A stretch of DNA of 63,786 bases, counting the filler, from Octopus bimaculoides (lineage: Eukaryota): NCBI RefSeq assembly GCF_001194135.2. It is 5 parts of 5 records of this genome, joined end to end, with 100 filler letters (N's around TTAATTAATTAA, not from the genome) between each part and the next. Parts side by side here need not be neighbours in the genome. Positions count along the whole stretch, not along the records: positions 46,544 to 59,054 come from NC_068991.1; positions 59,155 to 62,671 come from NC_068988.1; positions 62,772 to 63,786 come from NC_068992.1; 2 more parts are not named here. One strand, given 5' to 3'. Positions 51,867-63,786 of the stretch are shown here, one piece after another. Position numbers and translations under genes: made by a program. Under the pieces are notes generated by a model that worked only from the letters and a program-made list of their open reading frames with translations, ran no database searches and was not told the DNA's origin. Each line of letters begins with the position of its first letter. Position 1 is the first letter of the stretch.

Positions 51867-52341
51867 ACAGAGGCAGTATTAATACTGAGAGGTAATATCT
51901 ATTCCGACTTAAACGTGGATGTTCTGTTAGAACAAACTGTACTGCAGTAAATACCATGAGAGTAACCATCATATTAGCTTTTGGTGCAAAATGTACTCTT
52001 GTCTATTTTGCTAGACGGGGGGAAAATTCCCACCATGTCCAGGGCCGAAACCACTAGATCACGTGATTTCGACCTTCGTTGGTCTTATCAATGGTGGACG
52101 CTCCAGCACTAGAGATAGCAATGAATCATCTCCCTACCAGCGATGTGTAGAAAAACAGCGACAGAAAAGGCGCTGGTGTCGCGATTAGCCAGTGATCTTA
52201 GTAAAACATACATTTAAGGGACAGACACAGTATTAGTACCGAGAGGTAATATATATACCCACTTGAACATAGATGTTCTATTCGAACAAACTTATACTGC
52301 GTTAGATTTCATGAGAGAAACTCTAATGTTGGCTTTTCTGC
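51867..52341. repeat. Diverged ~120-bp direct repeats (51867-51987, 52221-52341), period ~354 bp
   Basis: cagtattaatactgagaggtaatatct...gatgttctgttagaacaaact vs cagtattagtaccgagaggtaatatat...gatgttctattcgaacaaact. Confidence 0.85.
52051..52097 (-). ncRNA. Type I hammerhead ribozyme motif, U3-A8 core variant
   Basis: Minus strand reads CCACCA UUGAUAA GACC AACGAA GGUC GAAA UCACGUGA UC UAGUGG: helix I 5/6 bp, helix II 4 bp, palindromic helix III, AUC cleavage triplet. Confidence 0.8.
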
Positions 52342-53075
52342 TTGTTTATCATTCATTTTTTTTTTCTTTTACTTGCTGGGGAACCTCGAAAAACATTTAG
52401 TCGAATGAATAAACTCCACTATTTGTTTATTTACTTATCTATTTCAAGCTTGGTACCAGATTTTGTCGATTATTTTTGCTGAAGCGCTATAGATACATAC
52501 ATACATACGCACAAGCATATATATGTATTTAAGTATACATACATATATATATATATANNNNNNNNNNNNNNNNNNNNNNNNNNNNNNNNNNNNNNNNNNN
52601 NNNNNNNNNNNNNNNNNNNNNNNNNNNNNNNNNNNNNNNNNNNNNNNNNNNNNNNNNNNNNNNNNNNNNNNNNNNNNNNNNNNNNNNNNNNNNNNNNNNN
52701 NNNNNNNNNNNNNNNNNNNNNNNNNNNNNNNNNNNNNNNNNNNNNNNNNNNNNNNNNNNNNNNNNNNNNNNNNNNNNNNNNNNNNNNNNNNNNNNNNNNN
52801 NNNNNNNNNNNNNNNNNNNNNNNNNNNNNNNNNNNNNNNNNNNNNNNNNNNNNNNNNNNNNNNNNNNNNNNNNNNNNNNNNNNNNNNNNNNNNNNNNNNN
52901 NNNNNNNNNNNNNNNNNNNNNNNNNNNNNNNNNNNNNNNNNNNNNNNNNNNNNNNNNNNNNNNNNNNNNNNNNNNNNNNNNNNNNNNNNNNNNNNNNNNN
53001 NNNNNNNNNNNNNNNNNNNNNNNNNNNNNNNNNNNNNNNNNNNNNNNNNNNNNNNNNNNNNNNATATATGTAGTT

Positions 53076-53294
53076 TACGAGAGGTGGTGAAAAGTTCCTG
53101 GCTTTTGGGTAAAAGAAAATACAGGAGGATCAGTTAATTGTGGTTTTATTTAGAGATATTCCTCTCTCGGATTCACAAACTTATTGCGGTGGTCCTTCAG
53201 TTTTTCAAAGCCCTGTAAAAGAACTTGGAAGATTGGGCCTCCTACCAGGCCTTTCGCGGCACCCTTAAAGGCAGGAACTTTTTAGCACCTCGTA
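53076..53294 (+). mobile_element. Mariner-type MITE (~219 bp)
   Basis: Imperfect TIRs tacgagaggtggtgaaaagttcctg / caggaactttttagcacctcgta with TA ends. Confidence 0.85.
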
Positions 53295-53758
53295 TATGTG
53301 TATATATTTGTATACACGCCGTGGTTGTCTGCGAAAAAGCTTGCTTCCCAACCGAATGGTTCTGGGTTCAATCCCACTGCGTGGAACCTTGGGCAAGTGT
53401 CTTCTGCTATAGCTTCCGGTCAACCAAAGCCTTAAGTAGATTTGGTAGTAGGAAACTGAAAGAAGCTCTTCGTATATATATATGTATGTTTTGTGCGTGT
53501 GTATATGCATGTATGCGTGTATGTATCTACGTCTATGCGTGTCTGCATTTGTGCTTTCCCCCACCACCTCCTGACAACCGGCGTTTGTAGGTTTACGTCC
53601 TCGTAAGCAGTGATTCGGCAAAAGAGATCGATAGAATAAGTACTACGCTTTTAAAAAAAGTCCTGGGATGGATTCGTTCGAGTAAAATCCTTGAAAGCAG
53701 TGCCCCAGTATGGCCGCAGTCAATTGATTGAAACAAGTAAAAAATAAAACATACATAC

Positions 53759-53794
<36 letters not shown>

Positions 53795-53930
53795 TCACAC
53801 ATACACACATACATACATACACAAACATACATACATACGTACGTACATACATACATACATACACACATACACACACACACATACACACATACACGCACTC
53901 ACACATACATACATACATACATACATACAT

Positions 53931-54320
53931 ACCAGATTCATACCCGTGATTGTTGGGGCATTGGGATATGTAACAAACTGCCTTAACAAAAACCTGGAAA
54001 AATTAGGGTTCTCAAGACCTGAAAGAAAAAGGCTGGTTAGAAGACTACAGATTCAAGCCATCAATGGAACTGTAAAGATATGTAAAACTTTCCAAAAATT
54101 TAGCACATAAATACATATGCATGCATCTAGACATAAAAACGCATCCATAAAACAAACATACAAATTTGCGCATACACTAACACCAAATACTGCACACACA
54201 CACATATGCACAAATACCTAGATGATGTTGATAAAAGTTCCAATGAAGGAACCTTGAATCTATGTTAGAGTCCGGCTCTTTCTCTATGGACAAGAAATAC
54301 AGAAATGAAACTGATTGATA
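53931..54320 (+). mobile_element. 5'-truncated REL-endonuclease LINE (R4/Dong-like), ORF end plus 3' UTR, inside (TACA)n
   Basis: Open frame TRFIPVIVGALGYVTNCLNKNLEKLGFSRPERKRLVRRLQIQAINGTVKICKTFQKFST* (53931-54110); IPV.VGALG motif; TACA repeats on both flanks. Confidence 0.7.
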
Positions 54321-54335
54321 ACATACATACATACA

Positions 54336-54533
54336 TAGGTGAAAGTTCCTGGCTTTAAGGGTGTCGCGACCCAACCTTCCGAGTTCTTTTCCAGGGCTTT
54401 GAAAAACTGAAGGACCACCGCAATAAGTTTGTGAATCAGAGAGGGGGGAATATGTTGAATAAAGTCATAATTAACTGATCCTCCTGCATTTTCTTTTACC
54501 CAAAACCAGGAACTTTTCAGCACCCACCTCGTA
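54336..54533 (-). mobile_element. Mariner-type MITE, inverted copy, in a (TACA)n tract
   Basis: Reverse complement of 53076-53294. Confidence 0.85.
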
Positions 54534-55131
54534 CATTCCTACATACATACATACATACATACATAGTGTTCATCACCAACTCTTTATATTTCACAGCATA
54601 GAACTCACTACTGCAGCGATCACCAACTTACGAGCACGAAGAACGGAGATAAAGATACATAAACCAAACTGCTGCAATGATTTTTACATCAATTTTATAC
54701 ATTTTTTATCTTTATATCAGAGAGAAAAAAAAGTAATAATAATATCAGAAAAAAAGAAATAATAATATTAACAATGCCGGCGCTTTCTCGATTTGGCCAC
54801 AGCCCAATGGCTGAAACTAGTACAAAAGTAACAGAAGATGACAAAACTACTGCATTGTTTGTGTAGCAGCAAGGCAATTAACGTCCAATGTTTACCAACA
54901 GGCAGAAGATACAGGCAGTGCTGTTTACCAAACATTAACAGAAGTAACTGAAACTACATTCCGATCACTCGAATCTGATGTGCCGTGTGTGTATATGTTA
55001 TCCGTTAAGCTATCAATAGCCAATGCTGTCAAGAAGATAACACCACTATTGCTATCAACTGCTAAATAATTATCAATTTATTTTCTAATTAATTTTTATC
55101 GATCGCAGAACCTCTTCGGGGAATTCGTCTC

Positions 55132-55174
<43 letters not shown>

Positions 55175-55184
55175 NNNNNNNNNN

Positions 55185-55223
<39 letters not shown>

Positions 55224-55546
55224 TTCTTTCTTTCCTATTCTCTCTCATTATCTCTTCCTCTCTCTGTCTCTCTCTCTTGTATGTCTCTTTAGTTTTTGTG
55301 TGTGTGTTTGTTATGTTGTTTTTGTGTACTATATCGACTAACTTCGATCTACCCGAGCTCCAGTATGTATCAGCATTGATCTATCTACCTGTCTGTTTGA
55401 CTGACAGTCTGTCTCACTTTTAGGCTGTCTGTCCGTCTCTGTCGTTCTCTCTTTTCCTCTCTTTCTCATTCTCATATTCTCCCACTGGATGACTGTCTAC
55501 TTTGTATATCTATCAGACTATTTGACGATCTATCTATCTATCTATC

Positions 55547-55588
<42 letters not shown>

Positions 55589-55615
55589 TTATTAAAAAAA
55601 TATTANNNNNNNNNN

Positions 55616-55675
<60 letters not shown>

Positions 55676-55779
55676 CAGAGACAGAGAGAGAGAGATGCGG
55701 TGGGTAAATTGTCGCTATTTTATAGTTTTAATTTCACGCATGTGCATTGTGTGTTTCTGATTTTGTCGACTACACAGTA

Positions 55780-56530
55780 TAATAGGGTCAGTTGAGCACC
55801 GTCTGTGAGAAAAACAGCACCATGACGCAATTCACTCCGCCAGAAATTTGGATACGAAATGCTGTGCTACTTGGTATTCGCGCTGGAAGCTCCAATACGA
55901 ACATTTTAGAGTCTTTGGTTATCAATCTGAGGACAGTGCAATCTGAGAACATGTATTGCGAGTGATAAAAATTAACACCGTTGAGTTTGGAGTGATTAGT
56001 AGTGATGGCGACGTTATGCTTTATTCATCTTCCTACACGACCTCAAACTCAACACAGAGGCCTACATCAAGTGCCTGGAGGAGGTAGTGTTGCCCTGTGT
56101 CAAGAGGGTGGCTGCTGGAAGACCTATGTCTGGCAACAGGACGTTGCACCATGCCACAAAAGCAGGAGAACCCAGTCGTGGCTGTCAGACAATTTCTGCG
56201 ACCACATCAACCCTAACATCTGGTCACCTACCTCAGATTGCAATCCACTCGATTATTATGTGTGGGGCACAGTTGAGCGAGAGACTATGAAAACTCCTTG
56301 TAACACCAAAGATAAACTGAAGGCAAGGATTATGACAGCATTCACCAACTTAAACAAGAAGACCGTCCAGAAGAATTGCAGGAGATTCCGAAGTCATCTG
56401 GAGGCCATGGATGAAGCCAATGGCGATTTTATTGAATAAATTTATTCTTTAGTATTTCAAGATATTTTTCTGTAATTTTGGTAAATATATCTTTTAAAAT
56501 GAGATGTCATTTTTGTGTGATTTAGACGAC
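55780..56530 (+). mobile_element. Internally deleted Tc1/mariner element, DD37D (maT)-like
   Basis: YVWQQDVAPCHKSRRTQSWLSDNF...IWSPTSDCNPLDYYVWG; 36-aa D-D spacing, consistent with DD37D minus one residue in WPPNSPD. Confidence 0.8.
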
Positions 56531-57265
56531 AGTTNNNNNNNNNNNNNNNNNNNNNNNNNNNNNNNNNNNNNNNNNNNNNNNNNNNNNNNNNNNNNNNNNN
56601 NNNNNNNNNNNNNNNNNNNNNNNNNNNNNNNNNNNNNNNNNNNNNNNNNNNNNNNNNNNNNNNNNNNNNNNNNNNNNNNNNNNNNNNNNNNNNNNNNNNN
56701 NNNNNNNNNNNNNNNNNNNNNNNNNNNNNNNNNNNNNNNNNNNNNNNNNNNNNNNNNNNNNNNNNNNNNNNNNNNNNNNNNNNNNNNNNNNNNNNNNNNN
56801 NNNNNNNNNNNNNNNNNNNNNNNNNNNNNNNNNNNNNNNNNNNNNNNNNNNNNNNNNNNNNNNNNNNNNNNNNNNNNNNNNNNNNNNNNNNNNNNNNNNN
56901 NNNNNNNNNNNNNNNNNNNNNNNNNNNNNNNNNNNNNNNNNNNNNNNNNNNNNNNNNNNNNNNNNNNNNNNNNNNNNNNNNNNNNNNNNNNNNNNNNNNN
57001 NNNNNNNNNNNNNNNNNNNNNNNNNNNNNNNNNNNNNNNNNNNNNNNNNNNNNNNNNNNNNNNNNNNNNNNNNNNNNNNNNNNNNNNNNNNNNNNNNNNN
57101 NNNNNNNNNNNNTATATATATATATATATACATATATATATGTATGTATGTATATAGATAGATAGATAGATAGATAGATAGAGATATATTTATACACACG
57201 CACGCACACACATATATATACATAAATACATATATATATATATATTTATATATATATAAGAGATC

Positions 57266-57333
<68 letters not shown>

Positions 57334-57443
57334 TCTGTCCGTCTATCTATTTGCCTACCTACCTTCCTTTCTAGCTAATTATGTATCTACCTATCCACCT
57401 ACCTATCTAGCTATGTAGTTATCTGTATATCTATCTATGCATC

Positions 57444-57485
<42 letters not shown>

Positions 57486-57600
57486 TCTCTCTTTTTCACA
57501 CTCGCTCTCTCTTTCTCTATCTCTCTCTATATAGAGAGAGTGAGAGAGCGAGAGAGGAATGGAGAGAGAAAGAGAGAGAGTGTGTATGTGTGGTTGTAAC

Positions 57601-57666
<66 letters not shown>

Positions 57667-59164
57667 CACCACGATCAGAACACCCACTACCACTAATATT
57701 ACTATTGCCATTACTGTTACCACTACTACACCACCATTCCACGAGGTATCCCGTCAACCGAGACACACGCACACNNNNNNNNNNNNNNNNNNNNNNNNNN
57801 NNNNNNNNNNNNNNNNNNNNNNNNNNNNNNNNNNNNNNNNNNNNNNNNNNNNNNNNNNNNNNNNNNNNNNNNNNNNNNNNNNNNNNNNNNNNNNNNNNNN
57901 NNNNNNNNNNNNNNNNNNNNNNNNNNNNNNNNNNNNNNNNNNNNNNNNNNNNNNNNNNNNNNNNNNNNNNNNNNNNNNNNNNNNNNNNNNNNNNNNNNNN
58001 NNNNNNNNNNNNNNNNNNNNNNNNNNNNNNNNNNNNNNNNNNNNNNNNNNNNNNNNNNNNNNNNNNNNNNNNNNNNNNNNNNNNNNNNNNNNNNNNNNNN
58101 NNNNNNNNNNNNNNNNNNNNNNNNNNNNNNNNNNNNNNNNNNNNNNNNNNNNNNNNNNNNNNNNNNNNNNNNNNNNNNNNNNNNNNNNNNNNNNNNNNNN
58201 NNNNNNNNNNNNNNNNNNNNNNNNNNNNNNNNNNNNNNNNNNNNNNNNNNNNNNNNNNNNTATATATATATATATTCGGCCATACTGCGTTTCGCCATCA
58301 TGAGGTTCCACCATTTCTCGCAACCCACCCTTGCCCAAGACAATGTCCTTACGACGAGGAAAACGCTACATAACAACCGCCGCGATTGAAATTTCCGTTC
58401 TCTTAGTAACTGGCCCTTATCAAATAAAACATAAATACCCTCACCTCCCCCTCATCTACACAAACTCCCTAACCACTGTCTCTTTACCATCCCAGTAAAA
58501 CATCATCACCACACTAAGCCAACCCTCCACTCCAGTGCCACCGACGTAGCCATGCCAAGCTCCCAATACAGTTATAACAAGCCACCACCTTCGCTACCAC
58601 AGCCCAGCGGCTCTAAATAAAAGTTGCAAAAATAATGAATATTATTAGAGAATGGTAATGTCCCGATATTTACGGGTGCTGGGGTCAAATGCTGACACAG
58701 ACGGTTGTAGAGTGTTCCGTAAAATGTTCTGGGACTCAACCAAGTGCCTACCTATCCTTCCCTGCAAACACACAGTTCTGCAGCTTAGATTTCGTAGACT
58801 CTGTTCTGAATGCAAGTGAAAGTGTCAATTTTAATAAGTATGTGTGTGCGTATGTCTCTGTGTATGTGTGAGTGTGTGTGTACGTGTATGTCTGCATGTG
58901 AATGTATTTGTATGTGTGTGGGTGTATGCATGCATTTGCCTGATCATATCGCACACATATTTACACACATACATATACAATACATATATATAGGGCACAA
59001 AAGCTCTCACGATTACGATTTATGGTGTGAGTGTATATATATATATATATATATNNNNNNNNNNNNNNNNNNNNNNNNNNNNNNNNNNNNNNNNNNNNTT
59101 AATTAATTAANNNNNNNNNNNNNNNNNNNNNNNNNNNNNNNNNNNNNNNNNNNNTATATATATA

Positions 59165-59960
59165 TGTATGTATGTATATATAGTAGAGGGCTTGGAATTT
59201 TCTTGCGTTAAATAGCATGTTGTTTTCTTCAGCCCATTTTTATATGGCATCTAGATTTTTCTGTAGAAGATTAGCATCGATAGACTCCTTCACTACTTGT
59301 GCTACTTTTGTGTCGTCGACATAGCTAGTAAGTGTGGCTGTCTGTGTAATTGATGGCATATCCGAAAAAGCTACCATAATCAGCAGCGGTTCCAAGACAG
59401 TTCCCTGAGACACTCCACTCGCTAATACTGACTCCTTGGGGAGGGCCTCATTGGCTGCCACAGCCTAGCTTATAACTGTTAAGAAGTCATGTAATCACTC
59501 TGCCAGTTTTCCGACTATTCCGAGTCTCCGTAGCTTGTTACATACCATCCCATGTACAACCTTATCAAAGGTCTCTGCAAAATCGAGATATCTCACACCC
59601 GCATTTGAGCGATTCATTAGTTGTTTTAACACCCAGTCATAGCTACAGAAACACTATGGGAGTAGAAGCTGTGTAAGCTGAGTAGAAGCAGAAGTTGTGT
59701 AAGCTGAGTGGAAGCCATACTGGGTATCTGGGATCAAGTCATTATCTTCTAAGAATACGATCAGCTTCCTCTTCGCAACGCGCTCAATGAATTTGCTGAT
59801 ATGTAAGTTTATAGAGACAGGCCTATAATATTTAGCATCCACCCTGCCATCTCCTTTATGGATAGAAGACAATCTGCAGTGGTTTTACCAGAGCCCCTTT
59901 GCATTTCTTCAAGAGGATTGCTAGGAATCCATCCGGAGCTGTGGCTGAGTTTAAGCTCAT
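59165..59960 (-). mobile_element. Decayed CR1/Jockey-like RT fragment, similar to the 10680 element
   Basis: YRPVSINLHISKFIERV, QYGFH, SGVSQGTVLEPLL, SYVDDTKV (YADD-like). Confidence 0.88.
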
Positions 59961-60006
59961 TTCATAAATAGCTGACACCACATCAGTTTCCCCTCTATCT
60001 GTCTCT

Positions 60007-60096
<90 letters not shown>

Positions 60097-61451
60097 TATA
60101 TATATTATATATATTTATATATACATATGTGTGTGTGTGTGTGTGTGTGCATGTGTGTGTGTTTGCGTGTATATGTATATATGTATGTATGTTTGTATGT
60201 ATGTAAGTATGTATGTATGTATGTATGTATGTATGTATGTATGTATGTATGATGCATGTATGTATGCATCTATGTATGTACATAGGTATGCATCTCTATT
60301 CTATACATACTCCTTATTCTGAAATATGTTTGTAACAAATATAGCTTCTTTTGTAAAAGTGGTTGGAAATATATAGTGGTTTTCTCAATTTAGTTTATTA
60401 CTGGTATTTATTTGATTGGTTTGAAAGAGACAATAATCGATCGAGACATGATTCGAATTTAGAACCGTGATTTCTTAAAAGACACAATAAATTCCAGTTA
60501 ATTCCATCGACAACGACTAGTCACCGCCGAGAACATTCGCCATTACTTCATCTCATTCACACGCCAGCATGCAGCTGTTAAATCTCTATCTTTTGAGACG
60601 GCTTGACAGATATTCCAGAATTTAGGTTAGTTTCATTTTGAACGGTTTTATTCATCAATTTTCTGAAACATTTTCTATCTTTTATTGAGTCTTTGATATT
60701 GATACCGACATCGCTCTCAACAAATAATACAACTCTGAAATTACAAATGTCTGTAAGACGTTCCTATATACAGTCATGAACATTACTAGAAACTGACAGA
60801 GAGAAACTAAGACACCACACAAACTGAAGGTGTCGTGACTGCTATAACTTTACTGAGTTAAACAATCTTACATTGTGCAGTGGCAATGGATGGAAAGACT
60901 AAATCTGATAATCTTTCCCCTAAATACATTTATTAACTTTCAGAAGGTGAAACAATTAAGTGAATCTCTCTAGTTTCTTCATCTCATTCTTTTTATCCAT
61001 CGCATTTATGGTATCTTGTTTCATGTTGAATTCAGGCTATATTTCCAATGGAATTTCGAAATCGAATTTCAAGTCTCTCTTCCGATTATATTTCTACCAG
61101 AAAATCTAATATTTTCGGACTTTTATAAGCGATATGAAATGAAAGGAATTTCCTATTGTGCACGATGAAAGTCAACTGAGGTTGATTTTTATACATTGAA
61201 ACAACGTTCATTTAATAATGTGTGGTGGTCGGAGATGGATAAAGACGGAGAGACAAAGATGGCAAATATATCATAAAATATCTATCTGCCACCCCACTCT
61301 CTCTTCTCTCATTCTCATCACTCTCCTCCCCATCTCTCATTCTCGCTCTGCAAATAAATGTGTGTGTGTGTGTTTGTGTGTCATAATCACACACACACAG
61401 GCACTAACGCATACAGACACAGATACACATACACACACATANNNNNNNNNN

Positions 61452-61496
<45 letters not shown>

Positions 61497-62635
61497 CTCA
61501 TACACATACATACATGTAGATATGTAGATATATGTGTATATATTTGTGTAATTATAAACGTAGGTATTCATATACACGAGCACGTATGTGTATATATACA
61601 CATACATGCACACATATAGACGTATACGCCTGCGCACACACATAAGCACGCACACACACACACACAAACAAGCAATATGGCCACACAAAATATATTTACG
61701 CAATAGAAGAAATGACGCTATAGCCACTACAGACATCAAATTCAATTCATATCGATTAATGGATGAAAAGCGCCCAAATCCCCAGAAACTATAACTTTGG
61801 TAGAGCCCAGCTAAATCCTTTTCAAAGCAGCTCGCCCTTGACATTAACTTCTAAGCTGTTGCTTTCCGATGTGTTGCATGTGGAAGTGTGCCACTTGGCT
61901 CCCACCAGACACCCAAACCTCAACTGTGGTTCCATGGACTGTCTGCAGGTAGAAATGCATCATCTCATTGGCAACGGTTGTGGTAGGACTAATAAACCAG
62001 GTTGAGAATAGTCAGGTTGAGAATAGCCAGGTTGCAACTTTGGAATAATTTTCAGTGAGACCTTTCACGTGCTTTTGTGTATTGTTCATTCTTGTTACCA
62101 GAGACGTGTCAAAACCTTGAACGATGCGTTCAACTCTTACAGCCATACCAGTGTAAGCGATTTTTTCTTCTTTCTTGTTTAATTTCTTCAGAAACAGTCA
62201 GCTGGCAAAAGCAATTTCGTCGGATGTGATTATTCTGTAGATAGTTTATCTTCGATACTTCGAGGATTCAGTCAAGACATTCTATTTGAAAGAATTCCAA
62301 CATATCCCAATCATTCTAGAGCAACGAAAATGATTAAGTACCACATAGCAACACAGACAATAGAGATTATCGATAAATGGGGATTTAGGTATGTAAAGAG
62401 ATAGTCTGTTGTTTCCAAACTTATTCTGGAGTATTGATGATGATTCGATACGACAGAGCAACACAAGAAATGCAGATTATAGATAAATGGGAATTGGGGT
62501 GTTTAATGAGATAATCTGATGCTTCCAATCACACGAAATAAGGAGATCAAATGCTAAAATTACAAAATTATATATATATATGTGTGTGTGTAAGTGTTGT
62601 GTACGTATGCATGCATGTATGTATATATGTATGTG

Positions 62636-62671
<36 letters not shown>

Positions 62672-62771
62672 NNNNNNNNNNNNNNNNNNNNNNNNNNNNN
62701 NNNNNNNNNNNNNNNTTAATTAATTAANNNNNNNNNNNNNNNNNNNNNNNNNNNNNNNNNNNNNNNNNNNN

Positions 62772-63230
62772 TTCATTATTTCTTTCCTGACTTATATTTA
62801 GGTCATTCTCTACCGCTTTTATAATAGAGGTCAATTCTGCATCTGTGAGTCTGGTATTTCTGAGGATATCTCTTCTAACATTTGCTAATCTGTTTTCATC
62901 TAGATTTGGTCTGCTAGCTGGATTCCGGCTCCTCCAAATTCTGTAGGAGTTTGCGGTGTGTTTCTCTTGGGTTGGCCTACTTAACGCAAAGTAATAAGCG
63001 TATATTACTTCTTTATATTCATCCCGGTTCTATTTAGTTCTTTTACATTTTTGATTTTGTGGTCGTTGTGGCGGTGAACTTTGAGGGCTTAATTTGGGAC
63101 AAATCCCGTCTAAGTGACCTTCCATGTTCGTATTCGGGGAAGATATTCTGCCATTCCAAAATTATTCGTCGTCGGGCTGACAGATTCCTGACAGGCACGC
63201 TTCCATTATAACCATTGGACAAGCGATTTG
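62772..63230 (-). mobile_element. Probable N-terminal region of an R4/Dong-like LINE ORF
   Basis: Open stretch SYRIWRSRNPASRPNLDENRLANVRRDILRNTRLTDAEL; family assignment from recall only. Confidence 0.45.
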
Positions 63231-63537
63231 GTGTACAGTTTGAATTTTTTTTTTAAGTAAAATTAAATTATAATTAAATTTTAATTTAAAAAAAAAATTT
63301 TTTATATATTTTTTAACCACTAATCTTCATACAGGGGCCGCGTTTATCATCATTAGCAGCAGCACCACCACCACCAGTAGTTGTAGTAGCAGCAGCAACA
63401 TCACTATCAGCAGCAGCAGCGGCAGTGATAATAGTAGTAGTAGTGGTAGCAGCAAATCAGCAGTACCAGTAGCAATAGTAGCAGAAGCAGCTGTAATAGT
63501 GGTAGCAGTAGTAGCAGCAGCTATTATTATTATTACA

Positions 63538-63786
63538 GTGGGTAACGAAGCTGGCGCGGGTGGGGCTTTGATCAATTTAGATCAGTCTAAAGCCTTCGAT
63601 AGGGTCGACCATCGATACCTGGCAGCTGTTCTCAAGGCAGCTGGTTTCGGTCCGGTCTTCCGCGGGTGGATAGCTGCTTTATACAGCGGCATCTGCTCGG
63701 TCATACGGGTGAACAGCCATCTATCGGAACCGTTCAACATCTCGCGTTCGGTTCGCCAAGGGTGTCCTCTCTCCTCCCTTCTGTAT
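63538..63786 (+). mobile_element. Tx1/L1-clade LINE RT fragment running off the window end
   Basis: Uninterrupted GALINLDQSKAFDRVDHRYL...GFGPVFRGWI..LY...RSVRQGCPLS. Confidence 0.92.

Noticed and set aside
54783-54828. GAAACTAGTA with palindromic ACTAGT, hammerhead-like 3' half
   Set aside because: No recognisable CUGANGA 5' core at the right distance

Overview
AT-rich, microsatellite-dense animal DNA with many N gaps. The repeat landscape suggests a cephalopod, probably Octopus (inference, not database-checked). The only host gene found is the 5' part of a cubilin-like gene on the + strand. Nine GT-AG exons (19999-42893) splice in frame to 326 aa: a coiled-coil stretch, EGF1-6 and the start of EGF7. 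Its first exons and CUB-domain exons are not in the window, and the gene block sits between artificial N-TTAATTAATTAA-N linkers. The rest is transposon debris: two Tc1/mariner relics (DD34D, DD37D-like), a mariner-type MITE, Helitron/Helentron pieces, four SINE families, RTE, CR1/Jockey-like, R4/Dong-like and Tx1 LINE fragments, and a Penelope-like relic. Most listed ORFs are microsatellite or gap artefacts. The main discovery is a set of type I hammerhead ribozyme motifs with palindromic helix III in several unrelated repeats. The best one (52051-52097, minus strand) has a compensatory U3-A8 core pair and lies in a ~354 bp retrozyme-sized direct-repeat unit. Another lies behind a tRNA-like Pol III head, and two sit in inverted-repeat structures. 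All motifs were found by eye and none is shown to be active.
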